DNA of 64,000 bases from Ascoidea asiatica JCM 7603 (GCA_001600695.1 BCKQ01000008.1:1-64000); one strand, 5' to 3'; counted from the first letter of the stretch, positions 1 through 13,056 are shown. Notes: generated by a model not told the origin, from the sequence alone. Numbers and translations: made by a program.

Positions 1-66
1 GTTCTAGAAAGTTCTGTTTCTAGAATGTTCCAAAAAGTTCTAGAATGTTCTAGAAAGTTCTAGAAA
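1..66. promoter_or_regulatory. Heat-shock-element-like array (GTTCTAGAAW)n
   Basis: Alternating nTTCn/nGAAn pentamers: six perfect contiguous units at 37-66, ten in phase from 17-66 with one mismatch, and three more at 1-15. May continue left of the window. Confidence 0.7.
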
Positions 67-156
67 AACCTAAACAGCAACTTTTGATAAAATGAACAGA
101 AAAAGCTTTTAAAGCATAAAGATGATGGATTAGTAAGATTAAGCAACTTAATGTTA

Positions 157-246
157 GATAAAGTAAGATAAGGTAAGATAAGGTAAGATAAGGTAAGATA
201 AAGCAAGATCAGGTGAGATAAAGTGAGATAAGGTGAGATAAAGTAA
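157..246 (+). repeat. 10-bp tandem repeat GATAARGTRA x9 (GATA-site array)
   Basis: Units start at 157, 167 ... 237. Eight contain GATAA and four contain GATAAG. Confidence 0.85.
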
Positions 247-258
247 CAACAAAGTAAA

Positions 259-850
259 TTATGATTTGATAACATAATTCATTATGGTCATAGGGAAAGA
301 TTTATTAACACTAATATCTCCCAATAAAAATTCAAGAATTTGATCTTCCACCAACGTATAAATGTCACATAAGACAAAAGTTTTATTAAATACGCACTGT
401 CCACGCAGCATATGTAGCAATATGTTGCCATAACGTAGACCAAGCTTCATTATCATTCTCAGGTTTGTCCCAAGTGAATACATGAAAGATACCTAACCGA
501 CAACCAACAGCAGGTTCAGCAAGACCATAATTTATTAATGAAAAACATTAAACCATATGTTTTTAATACTTCTGATGTGCATGTGGGGTCCTCTGTGATT
601 TGCCCAGACTAACAGCAAGATTAAAAGAAGAGATAAGGTTATCAGCTACAGTTTCAATAACACCGTTATCTAAATTAACTTTTTCTGAAGTGTAGTCAAC
701 CATATTCAAGGACACGCTTTCAAATGAAGTAATAAAAGAATCGATTTTCAAGTTTGTACGAGCGATGAACACTATGTTTTATAATCAGTCGAAGGTTGCA
801 AATGTATTGATGTAATACTTGAATGCTGTAATCTTTTTAAAACGTTATTT
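259..850 (-). pseudogene. Degraded orphan ORF, possibly a zf-RVT / non-LTR retrotransposon C-terminus-like relic
   Basis: ORF pieces 563-772 and 259-483 plus a frameshifted segment (GIFHVFTWDKPENDNEAWSTLWQHIATYAAWTVR). TATAAATA lies on the minus strand at ~883-890. The family assignment is weak. Confidence 0.3.
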
Positions 851-1419
851 TGAAAGGAATAAAAATAAAGGAAAACTTAGCCTATTTATAGAGATTTGTG
901 AATACAAAGAAGTAAAATGAAATTTTTTCTTGGGAAACTTGGAGTTAGTCCCACATATAGGAGTTTTATGAAATAGGACAATATTGCACCGGGAAGAGAA
1001 AATATAAGACCATTTGGTATTTTTATTTATTTTGTTTGACCTTATTCTTAGAGCACCTTTTAATGTTTGAATTGTTTTTAAATTGTTGTTCTAGCACCTT
1101 GAGTACGTTCTATTGTTTTATTTAGATTAATATTATTTGAATTAATATAGCATTCAGAGATAGTTGGTTTCTGGCAAGCGTTACTATTATTGTACTTATT
1201 ATTCTGATTATTATCATTATTCTTATTATCATAATAAATCTTATTATGATGATATTTTTTTACATGTTAGAAACACTGAAAAATTATTATAAGAAGAAAG
1301 TTTATAAAAAACCAGAAGCTCAACAAAAAAGATACCCATTTTTAAGCTTACTGCGATCACTCTAGAACTTAGTATATCAATAGATTCCTGCGTCAGCCAA
1401 GAAAATCCATATTCATAGG

Positions 1420-2050
1420 TAGCCCCTAAACCGGACACTGTAAGATTAAAAGACCCTATCTAGGTCATTTCTTCGTCATATTAATTGAAAATTATGCTAA
1501 TTGAACCTATCAAATTTAGTATGCGGTATTTTATTAAATTAATCAACACCAGACAAATACAGGAATTCGTACTCTGTATAGTAGTTCTGGAAGTTCTGAA
1601 CACACACTCAAGTGTTCAAACAATCCTGAAGCTGAGCCTCCCTTGAACAGACTCATGGAGGATCCACGTGTAAACAAGGACCATTTATGGAGGAAAACTC
1701 GTAATCGGGTGATTTGTTTAAAACAAGATAATCTCGGTTAAATCTTGTGTATTATGCTACAACACGGAAATGCAGGATCATTTGCACGTTTAAATAAGAA
1801 ACTCTGTCCTTACCCGATGTATATTTTAGGCCACCCAAAATCCATCCAATGGAGGCCGGTCAGATAATCAGCATTTCGATATCATCAGAGACCGACATGA
1901 TTTGCTTCTACGATCGATTCGGAATGGTCGTGACCACCAGGTATAGAAACGTTTAACGAACATGTGGAGGTTGGACACAGCTCTTATACCTTGAATCCAC
2001 ACACAACAAGTATCAAACTGTCATCAGTTTTTTCCAGTTAAATATGGCTG
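1420..2050 (+). mobile_element. Possible very degraded copia gag-protease fragment
   Basis: Broken frames give LCYNTEMQDH (zinc-knuckle-like, ~1750-1785) followed by MWRLDTA (W.LDSGA-like, ~1962-1982). Motif-level evidence only. Confidence 0.25.
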
Positions 2051-3677
2051 TTAAACTTGTCAATCAATGGAAAGAACATATTTAGTTCCGTTCCCATCCT
2101 CGTTACCCCTTAGCATAACTGTATACCGTGCTAGAGCAAAGTGCCGTTTGTTGTGTTCCAGCTATCGTCTAACGAGGTTCCTGTTTGTTTTCGCCTTGTT
2201 TTGCTACTAACATTTGGTGAGGTTCGTTGGAATTCCGGACTTTTTCTATGTACAGAAATGCAATTATCAAGTAATTGTTAGTTCTTTTTTATTATAACTT
2301 GTTTGAGAAATGTTCGAAAAATAAGCACGCATGTCGAATTGTTGAGTCGAACTGACCATTGGAAATGCAGGAGTGACGATATAAGGTCATTTGTCTTCCG
2401 GCCCCTAAATAAATTGAACCTCCGAATGCAGACCCCTAAACCTCCACATTCAACTTCCATGCATCTTCCACGCTGCTATGAACATTGGAAATTCCATCGG
2501 TCCCCCCTCCTTCGTCAGTCGGGTTTTGTGTATCATTCTCGTTTTCTGTTTTTAAGGGGTCTGGTTTTGCGGTGCTACCTACCTGTTGACAAAAATATCT
2601 TGGTTAACCTTTTTCTCCAGTTATTAGCGTTTCTCCGTATAATAACTACTGCTCTAATCGAAACTCAGCCTCGAGATTTTATTTTTCAGCAACAAACTGT
2701 AAATATGATATTAGTTACTCATTTGTGGGTATTATTTTCAATCAGTTATGTTAAATGGCGTTTTCCCAAAAATCTAATTGAAAAACAAAGACATTTTCCT
2801 TAACAATGGAAAAGTAAGTTTGATAAAATCAGATTACAATTTTCCGAAGAACATTTTTGTTCAGAAACTTGGGCCACCTAAAATTAGACAAATCATATAT
2901 ATCTTTAGAGAAAAAATGTTTTTGATGCATTTGTTTAATGACCTGCATAGTTATACTGTGCGTTATGCGTGGGAACGTGTATATTGTTGTTACAGAACGA
3001 CACGCCTAAAAAGATGAAATTGCAATTATTAATTGTTTGAAGTGATAAAGAATCTAAAATATTTTAGAATCACAATTAATCTGTACAAGCGGCGGTCAGT
3101 ACAAACGTTCAAGCGGCTAATCATAGCCGCTTATATATCAATTGTCATAAACATGATGACGGAATTATGCGCTTTAACTGAGAAGATTATTGTGCACGGC
3201 AATACAAATATGAAGGAAAGTCAAATGTTTTTACTATGAATCTAATAAACAAGTTTTTAAAAATTAGGGATGTAAACAAGTGACAGGTAACAAGCAGGTT
3301 AATTAATCGCAACTGATTCCTCATCCGTGAACCTACCAGGAAATTACAACCATTTGAGCTTTTTATACTAAACCCGATTTGGTGAATCGAAGCACGTGTG
3401 GCTCAAATGGGAAAGGTATTTAAAACCTGTGTAATAAAAACATAGTGGATGAGGAGGTAAACATCACGTGCCTAATTTTCTACTCCATGTTTACTGATTC
3501 GCGCAACTTTTTAATGCCCAACTTGATGAAGAGTCCAATTTTCGCTGAATTCCGGCCGAATTTCAATATACAAATGTAAATAGTATTCAATATATAAAAA
3601 AGGAAAGAAATTAAAGTATCATCTAGTAGCCCAATAACTTTCTAATCCGTATGCAAGAAGAAACTTTTGTCATACTT

Positions 3678-3750
3678 AGTTTAATTCCTCTAACTGTGCG
3701 CTAACTGTTCCAGTTTAATTCCTCTAACTGTTCGCTAACGGTTCCAGTTT
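3678..3750 (+). repeat. 34-bp tandem duplication
   Basis: AGTTTAATTCCTCTAACTGTKCGCTAACKGTTCC occurs at 3678 and 3712, with a partial third unit at 3746. Confidence 0.85.
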
Positions 3751-3915
3751 TAAACTAAGAAACTGTTCCTCGACACTAATATGTGTGATTTTCATGATCT
3801 TTGGTCCAGATGTATCTCTATGAGATTTCGGGGGGTCTGTGTCATATTAAATTTCCTGACCTCTCAAAAGTGCGGCAAACAATTGAATGCAACCAACGCA
3901 AAGAAACCAACTTCC

Positions 3916-4990
3916 TGTTATTGGTTTACCATGCACCCAGGTGGCCAACTTGAAATTATTTTTATGTTTTTTCTGCAGAATATTATTATTATTTATATTT
4001 ATTAATGTTCATAATCACTAAGTATATAAATATCTACAAAAAACTTGAGAAATCAAAGTCTATTTATATTAATTTGGTCTTTCCTTATCAATAAATAAAT
4101 CTCATAAATCTTGTTAGTTATTTCCCAAATGTTTAAGGAATAACAAACTGGGAGCCGGAAACCAATTAGAAAAATACTGCCTACAGGGAATATTTTTATG
4201 GAAATTGCATCTCCCATCATTAATCCACAAGTTACTTTTCTGGAAATGCACAATCAGGGGTTTACATTTAGATTTTTTCTGAGAGAACCTTCATCCAAGT
4301 TTTCGTGCGGGTGGTAGTTTCTGCCTTCCAATTTGCCACTCACCCTCTGGTAGCTGATTCGTAATGTACTATCGCTGATCAAAACTCGTAACGTCACCCT
4401 TTTGGACAAGCACAGTTATCGAATCCAAGACATCATGTATTCTACAACCCCAGATTTGTCTGTCCCAGAAGCATACAAACTAATAACTGTTAAGGAGAAT
4501 TACTAATTGAAACATGAAACGAGCCCTCTCCAATGTCAGTGGACCCTAATCACTTCACTAGACACGAATCAATTTCTGGTCGTCCCAATTAGTCAATCAC
4601 TAGCCACATCACCTCCACGCCAATGGATAGGTCTAATGTCTTGGAACGTTGTACGTAGAGAATACTTCAATAATCTCCATGTTATCTCTCGTAACATGTA
4701 TGTAGACAATCTATATTCAGTATTACGCCTCGAGCCTGAGATGTGAATAATTTTTTAACATGGGAAATTGTAGACCAGTACAATGAGAGCATGGAGGCCA
4801 ATTGGTTGGCTCTGACAGAACAGTTGGGCGAGGCAGTATCCCAAGAGGATATCCGTGGTCCTGTTGTCATCGCAGGTGCAAGGACTTATCACCAGGACTT
4901 GCAGTACTAGGGTTCGGCCAAATCATTAGCTCCATAACTGTGCCATTTGAGCAACATCATCTGACGTGTTTTTAACTAGAAATCCAGACA
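3916..4990 (-). mobile_element. Long LTR-like repeat, copy A (~1.07 kb), probably a 3' LTR
   Basis: The minus strand starts TGTCTGGATTTCTAG and ends ...ATAACA. It is directly preceded by the polypurine tract AGGAGGAAAG (4991-5000) and aligns end to end with 5089-6178 and 50658-51718. The 3' end is approximate. Confidence 0.7.
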
Positions 4991-5088
4991 CTTTCCTCCT
5001 AGTGGTATTGGCCGCCACTTCTGATTTCAAAGAATGAATTTTTAAAAATCGGATATAGTTTCAAAGGATCCAAGAACCGGGGTCTGGC

Positions 5089-6178
5089 AGTCAGAATTTC
5101 TAGGAGATCCCAGGTGAGGTGTTCTAAGGTCAGTAGCACGGACGTGCAGCTACGAATTTGGCCGACAGCCTAATAGAACAAGCCGTGGTGATAAGGCCTT
5201 GTACTTATGAGGACTAGAGGACAAAGGAAAGCCTCTCCGATACCGTCGACGATAGTATTCCAGTAAGGCCAACCAATGGGCTTCTATAGTCCCGCTGTAC
5301 TGGTTTACGTGTTCGTATGTTGAGTATTCACAACCGAGACGTGCGCCATCTCAAAGAATAGGGATTCGGTACATACATGCTACGAGATGTCCTATGGAGA
5401 TAGTTGAAGCATTCTTCAGGTACAATGTTCCACGACATTGGTCAGCTCCACGGGCTGGTACCAATTAGGGAAGTGATTACCTAATCATGAAGAGTGGAAC
5501 CTGATTGTGGTATACTGGAGTGATTCGGATATACGGACAGCCCTGAAGGCTGGTTTCATGTTCCAATTAGTAATTCAACGAAGCAATTATTACTTCATAT
5601 TGTTCTGTGGGGAGTTAATATGCGGTTGCAGAGGACCTGATGTCTTGGCCTGTATAACTGTTCTTGGCGAACAAGGTGATGTTATGTGGCTTGAAGAGTG
5701 GTAATTTATTACTGATTATCTACGAGCAGTGGATTGGATACTCGGACAGCCGACTGTACCAACTTATGGAATAGGTCCTTGTAGGTTCTATCAAACTGAA
5801 ATATTAGTAGTGCGTTCTATCAAGTTGTATCTGTAAAATAATAAGGTGGAGATTGCCATTAAAGATTTAAGCTAAACCACGAGTAGCTCATGTTTGGACT
5901 GATATTTTCTTTGCTTTTTGGCTCACCAATATCAAGCTATTTGCTATACACATGTGAAATCGCTCACAAGATCTACGAGACAATTTTTCTCTTCATGAAG
6001 GTCCAAAATTAATGTAAATAGACCTTGATTTCTTAACATTTTTATATAAATTTTTAAATACACATTAAACAAGTAAATTGATATAAACAGTCATAATAAT
6101 ATTCGACACTATCAAATACTGCGACGCTCAGAACTGGATTGAATTGTCTCTATGTTTATATGCTTTTATGACCTGACA
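5089..6178 (+). mobile_element. Long LTR-like repeat, copy B (~1.09 kb)
   Basis: Starts (A)GTCAGAATTTCTAGG and ends CCTGACA, the inverse of the family start TGTCAGG. Followed by AATGGTAA (PBS-like TGG). Shares blocks such as TGGCCGACAGCCTAATAG and TTCTTGGCGAACAAGGTGAT with copy C. Confidence 0.72.
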
Positions 6179-8499
6179 AATGGTAATAGTCGCATTGTGG
6201 TACAGGGTGTTTGCTGATGTGCAGTGTCTCCCTTTATGGATCCTAAAATTTTTTACTGTGCTCTGTATGTGCCACCTATCTGAAGGTAACCAGAAGGTAA
6301 CCAGAGTACCATTCAGATTGATCTCAAATACATCATAAATGCACCGGTAAAGTTTTGCTCAAAACCTAACTAGCACCCAAATCTTACAAATATTGGTTTG
6401 TTTTCACAGGCACTTTTGTTATGCATGTGGGGTAGAGAATCCCATGGGCATGTAGCAGTGGCAGCTCAACACGAGCGGAATGTGGTAGGAGAACGTTGCT
6501 GATTATAGACACTGGAATGTCTGTTGGGCGAGTTCCCCTATGTCTTGCTCGCATGATGTTGTCGTTCAGCCGTCTTTTGGTTTAAACGCCCTACAAGTTG
6601 ATCTGTTTTCTCAATTCTGACTAACTTTGGTTTTTCCATCGAATAACTCTGATTCCGAGGTCATTTCAAATTGCTGTTTCCGTTAGTCGCTTTGAATAAT
6701 TTTCTGTATCTCTTACTTTTAGGTTTCCCTCACTTCCCGCTCTTTCCTCTTATCTTCTTTTCCTCTGATCCTTCTGTTTCCTTTCCCGTCTGAGCTGTGG
6801 GATTCAATGCTATAAGTAGAGATATTCTCTTTCTTTTCTTTTTTGGTTAATTTTCTTTCGTTTTTAATACGACAAGACAAATAATAGCATTTACCGAAAA
6901 GTACTGGTTGTTTGCTATAGTATATCATATTCCTGATCCCTATTTTCCTCAATTAAATTATTGGTATTATTATAGTTGGTTGAATTAATATCACTTGGCT
7001 AAATATTGGCATCAAGTTATTGGTGTTTTACAATTGATTTCAATTATTATTGCTGATACATTACCTTTATTTTATTATTTGTTTTATTTTATTATTTCCT
7101 TTAAATTGATTATTTGTCTTTTATTCTGTGCCAAATTCTTTGATTAAAACTTATTGTTGGTATTGATTTTATTGTTTTTTGATTTTAGACTTGGAATTTT
7201 TGAATTTCAATTAGAAATACTGTTGGTTTCGTTTTCTTTTCATTTGATTTTTAATTCATCCTGGGCTTCGTTTGTTTGAATTTGACATTACTGTATCGTG
7301 AGTGTTTTTTTGGATTAGTCAGTTGGAGATTTCTGATTACACTACCTGAGCGGTAGCCTTTTCATAAGGTTGATAAATTTATTATCTCTCTATTTTAGTT
7401 CTTATTTTGTATTATTTTTTTGCTCCTTTATCGAAACCTATTTCTCTTCTTGGTAGTCATATCTAGATTATTTAAGCAGGGTAACTTTGGGGTCTTTCTG
7501 ATTATACTAATATTCAGAAAGTAACCTTGCATTGACTACTGAGACTTAATTTTTCTAATTGGATTGACGTATTGTCACGTCGACTATTTAGGCAAAGGCT
7601 ACAAAATATTACTTCAATTGTCAATATATTACTTTTGTCTTTGTAAATTAATCAAAAAATCAATTTTAATTAGAAAAACAATTTAAAAAAAGAAGAAAAA
7701 AAACAATTAAAAAATTTAAAATGTTGCGCTATTGTAGAATTATACTAATTTATCCTTGTTTGTCTTTATTCCCTATGCTCTGTGAGTCAGTACCTTGCCC
7801 TGTTATGATAACCAAATATTGAATCATTTATCATCTATATTATAATTAAAAAGGTAGATCCGAACATTATTTTATTAGATTTTAGTTTAAAACATGATTT
7901 TTAGTTCATGATATAAAACTTTAGTTGATTCTTGTCTTATTTTCAATCGTTTACCTGATTAATCGTAATGTAAAAATAATAAATTTTCTAACTTGTAATA
8001 ATATATTAAATAACAAATTGAGGTGATTAAAATAATAAAAATCAATATATTTTTGTGAAGAAAGAAAAACAATAATATAAGAAAGATAAACAAAATAATA
8101 CAGGAAAACAATGCTATTTATGTTAAATTTGCAAAGGTTGAAAAACTTTGCAGAACAGCAGCAGATTAAAATTGAGCAAAAAATTGCAAAAGTAATTGAA
8201 CCAGTGCAAAGTTTTCAGACAACTGAAATGTTTTCATTGAAGTGAGAATATTTTGTCGGACGAAAAGTAAAAAGCATTTGCATCCCCGTGCCAACCAGGT
8301 GCCCACGGAAACATGAGATCTGAGAAAAAAAAACAATGCAAATGATTACAACGGTCACAGAAAAGCCCTGGCACATGGTAAATATTAGGGTTAGCAACCA
8401 CTAAAAGAAAAAGAAAAACAGAAAACAAGTAAATGTGTGTTAAGAGCCGTAAGTAAAACAAAAATAACTGAAGTAGTAAGCAAAGCTAAACTGAAGGAC

Positions 8500-11400
8500 G
8501 TAGCCGATGAAATAGATGAATAAGTTATTAACCATCAATAAGTTATCAGTGCTTTAAATGTATCTATTACTCCTTTTTAAAAGCAACCTTAGATTCTACG
8601 CTTCCAATTAACACTGCTTTGTTTGAAGCCATTCATTGTTTTGAAAACAAGCCCCAACAGTTGTATTTCAACGGTCCGGGTTTATACGGGAGCATTGAAA
8701 GTTTAGGGTTTGGAAATTGTTCATTAAAAAATGCCGTTGAAACATCTAAGTGAAACAAATTTCTTGTCCGATAACACTGCTAAAAGTTGTCATCGTGCTG
8801 AAGTGTTATAAGGAGTTAGCAGCTGAAGTAATTTTCTTTGGTTCAAAAGCTTCTCGTCGTATTTAGATATAACCACACGTATCAAAGCGGTTCTTATATT
8901 TTACAGCCTGTTGATTGATTGTACTGTGTATATGTATCCACATTGCTGAAAGAGTATTTTCATTTTTGGGAATCGGAACCACTGTATGGACTATCGAATA
9001 TTTAAATTTTTTTTACCTGAGTATTAATGGCTCTCTCACAATTCTCATTTCGCCATCAACATAGCTGACTGTACGAGTCACCTACTCTTTTATTGTTGTA
9101 AAGCTATTGCCATCAGGTTAGTTTAATTCTAACCATTTCTTGTAGGCTTATTCAGCTATTGGAGATCCTTACAATGAAGGTTTTGGACGATAAGAGACAT
9201 TCCTCTGTCTGTACACCTTCTTACTCTTTTTATTTAGGAGAGTCATATAATTTAAGGCTTTTGTTGAACTTATCTCTATACTTTTATCAGTAATATTGAA
9301 TCAAATTATACTTTCATTCACTTCACGTATGCTGTAATTTTTAATTGAGTTTTCTTGTTTCAGCTCGTTGCCAAAATCATGTTGAGTTTTGATGGTGGTT
9401 TTCGGGCGCAACCTATTGTTGTTAGAATTGTCATGATCCAGTAATTAATGGCCTTGAGTAAGACACCGCTGTGTATCGCTATAAGGCCTATCAGTTATGC
9501 CTGGGACATCAGATACATCAGTATTATTAGTTAATGGAGTGTTAAGTTCCGGAACTGGAAACTTCAAGTTCGTTTCATTTATCCTGCAGCACATTGTTAT
9601 TGATCTCAATTTTTTAACAATGCCATCTTCCTCATGTCAACACAGTAACGAAGATGCATTGCAAGTGTCTGCTGACTCTGTTTCTCTGCTCAGTTCAAGC
9701 ACTTTCATATATGGTTTAATTTTAATAAGATCCAAACTATGATCGTTATCCAGAGGAATATGAGTCTGCTCATTATTTGTGTTATTTGTCTCCACCTCAG
9801 CTGTATGGGTTATATAAAGTTGATCATCTCGAGTGCTCTGATTAATCATTTGTTGAAAAAAGTCAGCTGTAGATATTGGTTCGTTTCCCTTATTTTCCCG
9901 AAATCTATCATTCAGGTTAGCTTCAAAATCATTAGCAGTAACTGATCATATATCTTCATCCCTTTCGTTGCTGTTTCCTCTAGTGTTTTTTTCAAATCAA
10001 AACTCCATTTTCACCAATGTTCACTCTGGAGCAGATTGGGTATAATTTTGCAATATTTTGAACTTTCTTATCAGATTCGTCTACAGATAAGAACGTTTTT
10101 AAACCTGTGCCGTTTGGTATAAGGGTTATAATATAGCATTATACTATTTTTCGCCCTTTCCTTTGTAAATGTATTTTGGAAATATCACTATATGAAGCAA
10201 ATCCCACAAAAGAACCAAGAAATACATGGACAAACCTTTTATGAATAAAAGCATTAATATCCTTGCTTGTTGATTATTATTTATTTTGACGGACATATCG
10301 ATGCCAAACTGTTCTATATTTATTATTCTGTCTACGAATACTAGTTTGGCTATATTACGAAATCCAGCTAGTTTAGTTGGAGTTGTATTTTTAAAATATG
10401 CAGTATCTAATAGAGTAACATCAATAAGTCTGATTGATTTACAATTATCAATAGTTCAACACATTTTTGGGACTACTTGTAGTATACGTTTGTGTACTTT
10501 TCCAACCATACCGTTTTCGATGGCATATATGCTTCCTTATAATCCTTCTCAATTCCAAGAGCTTCTAGTTGCTTTTTGTTGGAAAACTCATCTCCATTAT
10601 CTGCTCTAAAAAAAGTGGCTTTATAATTTTTCTCTCATATATATTATTGATAAACCTAAATTTTTTGATAAATATGTTGTTAAGGATATTTTATTTGACA
10701 TTACTCCAAAGATATACCTTCTACAATTATCTAATTAGTCTAATTTGTTAATTCGGTTGTAATTTTATTCCTGATATAACCTAAAGTTGCACAATGGAGG
10801 TTTTGAAACTCTCAGCCTGTTCGCATAGTAGGATAATGCTGTGCTGTATTCGGAAATCTAGATATTTGACAGATTACTCACTTTTGGAGTTTTTTTTTAT
10901 CATTTTCAGTCTCATTCTGGATCAGGTTCACTAGTAACAAAAGGTTCAAATGAACACGCTTATGATTGTATTTTGGGTGATAATCGTCAAGAGTAATTTT
11001 GGCTTGTGGCATTGGTATTGTAGTCGAATCTACAATTATTTCCTTAAAATTCAGCCCATTTCTATTAAAGATCTTGGCTTGTCGATTTAAAGAGTTCATA
11101 AATTCATTTGATTCTTTTGAGGGTTATAAAATAGATGGCGTATTTTGTAAATATAAAATGCACATTGTCTTTACTGTCCGTGGTAGCTAACTGAATGAGC
11201 TGTTTTAATTGAAACTGAAATAATAACGTGGGCCTGTCGGTAATAATGCTCGGTCGATACCCGCATATATCTTCTGCAGTTATTACATTGGAACCTATGT
11301 GCTCTCGAAACCAAACTTTATCTAAGTTTCGTTCCCATATTAAATCTTCAATGAACGTAGTTGATCCATATTCCATTAACTTCACTATAGATACAGTGCT

Positions 11401-12150
11401 TGTCTGAAATTTTCTAGCTTTTTTGAGTGTTTTTTATTGACAAACATGAAAGAGATTAGTATGCGAAAATTATTGGGTGGCTAGCACCACTTTCAGGAAT
11501 GATTACATATTCATTTCCAATTGGTTCAATTGGTTCAAATGATGCGTTTGCTTCAAATGATTTATTTGCTTTGAGGCTTAAGTTTCATTATTCATCTGTA
11601 TGTCTTACTTGAGAAGGTTCAAAATTCTGGTTCAACTTTTTTCGTACTTTAGTCTCCTTTATTAGTCTAACCATTCTAATACTATTATTTCAATTATTAC
11701 TATTGTTATTATTGTCATTACAAATAGAAATGTCTACATCAACTCGTTAATTATCTATTTCATTTTCCTTACTTAATAGCTGGAAAAAACAATCAACAGT
11801 ATCGGAGTCCGGATATGCATTTGCATCTATCGACTCAATATGTATCACACTAGCCATGATTGATTTAGCTATTGATATGTCAGTTGATTTGTTTATAATA
11901 TGGTCGTTTTTCTCTTTTGGTAATCCTGGCGAATCTAAAAAATCTGACTTTTTTGGATTATCCTGCTTAATTGAAGTGAAATTTTATTATTTATAGATTG
12001 TTTACCCAATCCAGTGATTTGAGCTTTGACTTTTATATGAAAGAGCCTCCCTATGGTAATACGTTTTTCATTATGAAATTTCGGCTCCACATATATTTGG
12101 GTTGAGATTTGAGTCTCACAAATTCCCTGAGCATCTCTAGATAATGAACA
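8500..12150 (-). mobile_element. Degraded Ty1/copia internal region (gag-IN-partial RT)
   Basis: Minus-strand motifs in copia order: YAIENGMVGKVHK (integrase NG.AER, ~10490-10528), GSFVGF (integrase C-terminus, ~10200), then FHLDVSTAFFNE and KTMNGFKQSSVNW (RT, ~8600-8760). Many stops and frameshifts; RT is truncated; ends approximate. Confidence 0.75.
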
Positions 12151-12199
12151 TTCATTAGATGTGGTTTTTGATTTAGGTTTTAGTTTATTCTAAGTTTTA

Positions 12200-13056
12200 A
12201 CTATAACCTAATAAAACTGATATTAATCTAATCGGGCTCCCCGTCTGGAGCGCTAATACAAAGTTCTTGAAGCTAATAAAAATTTAACGAATAATCTTCT
12301 TTGTTGTTTTTCCAGTGTTCTGAAGAAAGCATGGCTAATGAAATAATTTGGTTTGTAACTGATATCATTTAACTTAAGTGAGCTAAACATACTGTAGAAA
12401 TGATTGAAATAAAGATATGTAATCAATTTTTCGTTCCATTAAATAAATCCAAGTAAAAGGGTCCCACAAGATGTTCTGCACCAATGCGACATTTGTACAT
12501 CTTTGAGATTACTGACCATAATCTTCTAGTTAATTCGATACTGTAGTGTGTCAAAAAAAACTGCTAAACAGCTCTGAGCGTAGGATTCTCATGCGTAAAA
12601 AAAATATGTCTGAGTGTTGCTAATCTATATGCAGCGCTTAAGTCATGCCCAAATATTTCACGCCATCGGATAAACAAATGAATAACAAATGGTGACGTGC
12701 TGACGCGATACAACTCATCAACTAGATTATTGTGCGATCCAGCACCTAAATCTTTTCTTTCAAGTATTTGGGTTTTGATATGGCTCGAATGTTGTTGTTG
12801 AATGTGTACCGGTTGAGCGGGACACACAAAATATTTGATACCTACGAGTCAGGCTAGTGTTTGTCCAAAGTGGGTTGTTACAACCAATTGCAACTAATTT
12901 GGGTGAATGAAGCTTAATTTCTGACAGTTGCCTTGCCTTAGCAGTAGCATGAAACTTCTGAGGTACATCGGCTGTTTCATTATTTGTTTTTGATTTTTGA
13001 ATTTGAAAAATAATAGTTGAGACAAATCGGTGAAATTGTTTGTAAGTGATTGGCAT
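12200..13056 (-). pseudogene. Frameshifted orphan gene (MPITYKQFHRF...)
   Basis: ATG at 13056 follows an A/C-rich yeast-like leader. Overlapping ORFs 12760-13056 and 12564-12827 join by one frameshift, and broken coding-like sequence continues to ~12200. No confident homologue. Confidence 0.4.

Noticed and set aside
60-275. 71-aa ORF with YLTLS repeats
   Set aside because: It is the translation of the GATA minisatellite.
2303-2803. 166-aa ORF
   Set aside because: Non-ATG start, no motif and no codon bias; likely chance in repeat-derived DNA.
3463-3565. Point-centromere-like layout: ATCACGTG, then ~80 bp, then TTCCGGCCGAA
   Set aside because: The spacer is far below the >90% AT of CDEII, and the TGT..T.TG part of CDEIII is absent.
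3678-3750. Telomeric repeat
   Set aside because: Only two 34-bp units with no TG-rich strand.
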